DNA of 63,977 bases, the filler included, from Vezdaea acicularis (lineage: Eukaryota), in assembly GCA_026025075.1 (NCBI GenBank). It is 3 parts of 3 records of this genome, joined end to end, with 100 filler letters (N's around TTAATTAATTAA, not from the genome) between each part and the next. Parts side by side here need not be neighbours in the genome. Positions count along the whole stretch, not along the records: positions 52,265 to 63,977 come from JAPEUI010000250.1; 2 more parts are not named here. The stretch is one strand, 5' to 3'. The notes under the pieces are model-generated. The model was given only the letters and a program-made list of their open reading frames with translations, had not been told where the DNA came from and searched no databases. The position numbers and the translations under genes are program-made. Below, piece after piece: positions 62,753-63,977 of the stretch (its first letter is position 1; every line of letters starts with the position of its first letter).

Positions 62753-63977
62753 GGCCGATTACTGATGGAATTGACAATCTTCAGACGATTACTTCAACTG
62801 GTTGATTTCAGGTTGGCGTATTTGCTGTTCAAGTCTTATCCTTCATGTTGGCCCCCTAATATGGTAGCCTCGACGTCAGCGGGGTAAGAACCCCCCCACC
62901 TTCCGACAACAGAACGACAACGGGGGAGATCAGCGGAGTGGTTTCCGACAAGCGTAACTCGCGCTCAACAGGTTACCGGAATCAGAGAGTAATGCATTTG
63001 GTTAGAGACCCGTGCAGCCGGTAATACCCGACGGGGGCTTGACAAATGGTGAAAGTGGTGATGGATATAAGGAACTTTCCAGTATCAGATCGGTCGTGCA
63101 AACACAGCGGCCACATAAACCAGATAAGCAGTAACAATAACCGTCCAACGGGCCGGTGAACAGCCTCCAGAATCACGATGAATATGGTGCCCGGACATGG
63201 ACCTCCAAGCCCTTCGGCGCGAGCTCGAGGAAAGGGAAAAGGCTAAGGACGGCTATTGCCATGGTGGTGTGGCAGGATTCCAGTCACTCCGTCACTCTGA
63301 CTGGTCGGGAGCCGAGGCGATCGCTTGGCTTAGGGCATGCTGCCCCACCATCCTCTTCCAGGGCCCTTTCGCAAGCCGCGACCGTTTTTCGTTGAGCTGC
63401 CCCACTCTCGCGTGGCCATCGCGGAAAACACCGATCGCCTTTTCAGATCTTGATGTCCCGAGTACCTACCTCTCTTGACGCCGCATCTTCTGCGTTAATC
63501 TGAGCGCAAGTGAAGAACGAGACCCTGCCGGAAGCACTTACCTCTTTTGAAAGCGCTCGGCTCAAGGCTGTCGCGCGACCAATGTCGAAGGCGCTGGTGT
63601 GTGGGTGTGACTGTCGCACAGCGCAGCAGCATGCATCCAGGAATTAGGCTTGATGCATGCCGGGTGAGGGCGAGATCGGTCCTTATCGCCTCCCCCCAAG
63701 TCTACATAGCTCACCGCTATTGGTCCTTACCCCTCCGAGGAGGGGCTTTGGTATTTGAAGCTCAATGAGCCCGTCCGTCGCCTTGTGCGAGCTGCGGAGA
63801 GGTGACAGTTCTGGTTCATCGGGTCTTCTCGTCGCAGTCGTTGCGGACTAATTAGAAGACGTCCATTTTATATCCCCAAATCCGCAGTCAACATGGCTCT
63901 ACCAAAGGGTGTCAATGTAACGGTTGCGCCGGTAAAGTCGCTTGTGCCCACCGTGGGTTCTCTTCGGCTACATGCAT

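Noticed and set aside
63156..63977. Short ORFs at the window end, including a possible gene start at ~63893 (MALPKGVN)
   Set aside because: No recognisable homology and too little sequence to support a call.
1..63977. tRNA, rRNA, snRNA, riboswitch, transposase or secondary-metabolite cluster
   Set aside because: No diagnostic motifs found by eye; a tRNAscan-SE/Infernal/RepeatMasker run would be needed to exclude them fully.

Overview
Gene-dense, intron-containing genomic DNA from a filamentous ascomycete (Pezizomycotina-type genes, short GT-AG introns with CTRAC-like branch sites). The window is three contigs joined by two artificial 100-bp spacers (N44-TTAATTAATTAA-N44 at 26256-26355 and 52165-52264), so adjacency across those points is not biological. 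Most content is housekeeping: Mtc5/WDR59, Ubc13, Rpl24, Gna1, Trm44, SRP receptor alpha, Yif1, glutamate decarboxylase, a fasciclin protein, cryptochrome-DASH, a Prx5-type peroxiredoxin, a Tfb6-like fragment, uridine nucleosidase, a Sut1-like sugar permease, CreB, Alg12, Hts1, Vps33, a Vsb1-like fragment, a Meu6-like PH protein, a UBTD-like protein and an NmrA-like reductase. The unusual part is an accessory block at about 43.2-50.3 kb after VPS33. It holds an intronless 425-aa orphan with an RNxxxH (HEPN-like) motif, a convergent ~161-aa His-motif orphan with a Trp-rich tail, and an SRPK-like kinase. Directly abutting the kinase is a 3'-truncated ferroportin-like relic missed by the ORF track, followed by a 57-aa secreted peptide ORF. 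All family calls come from motif recognition by eye, not database searches.
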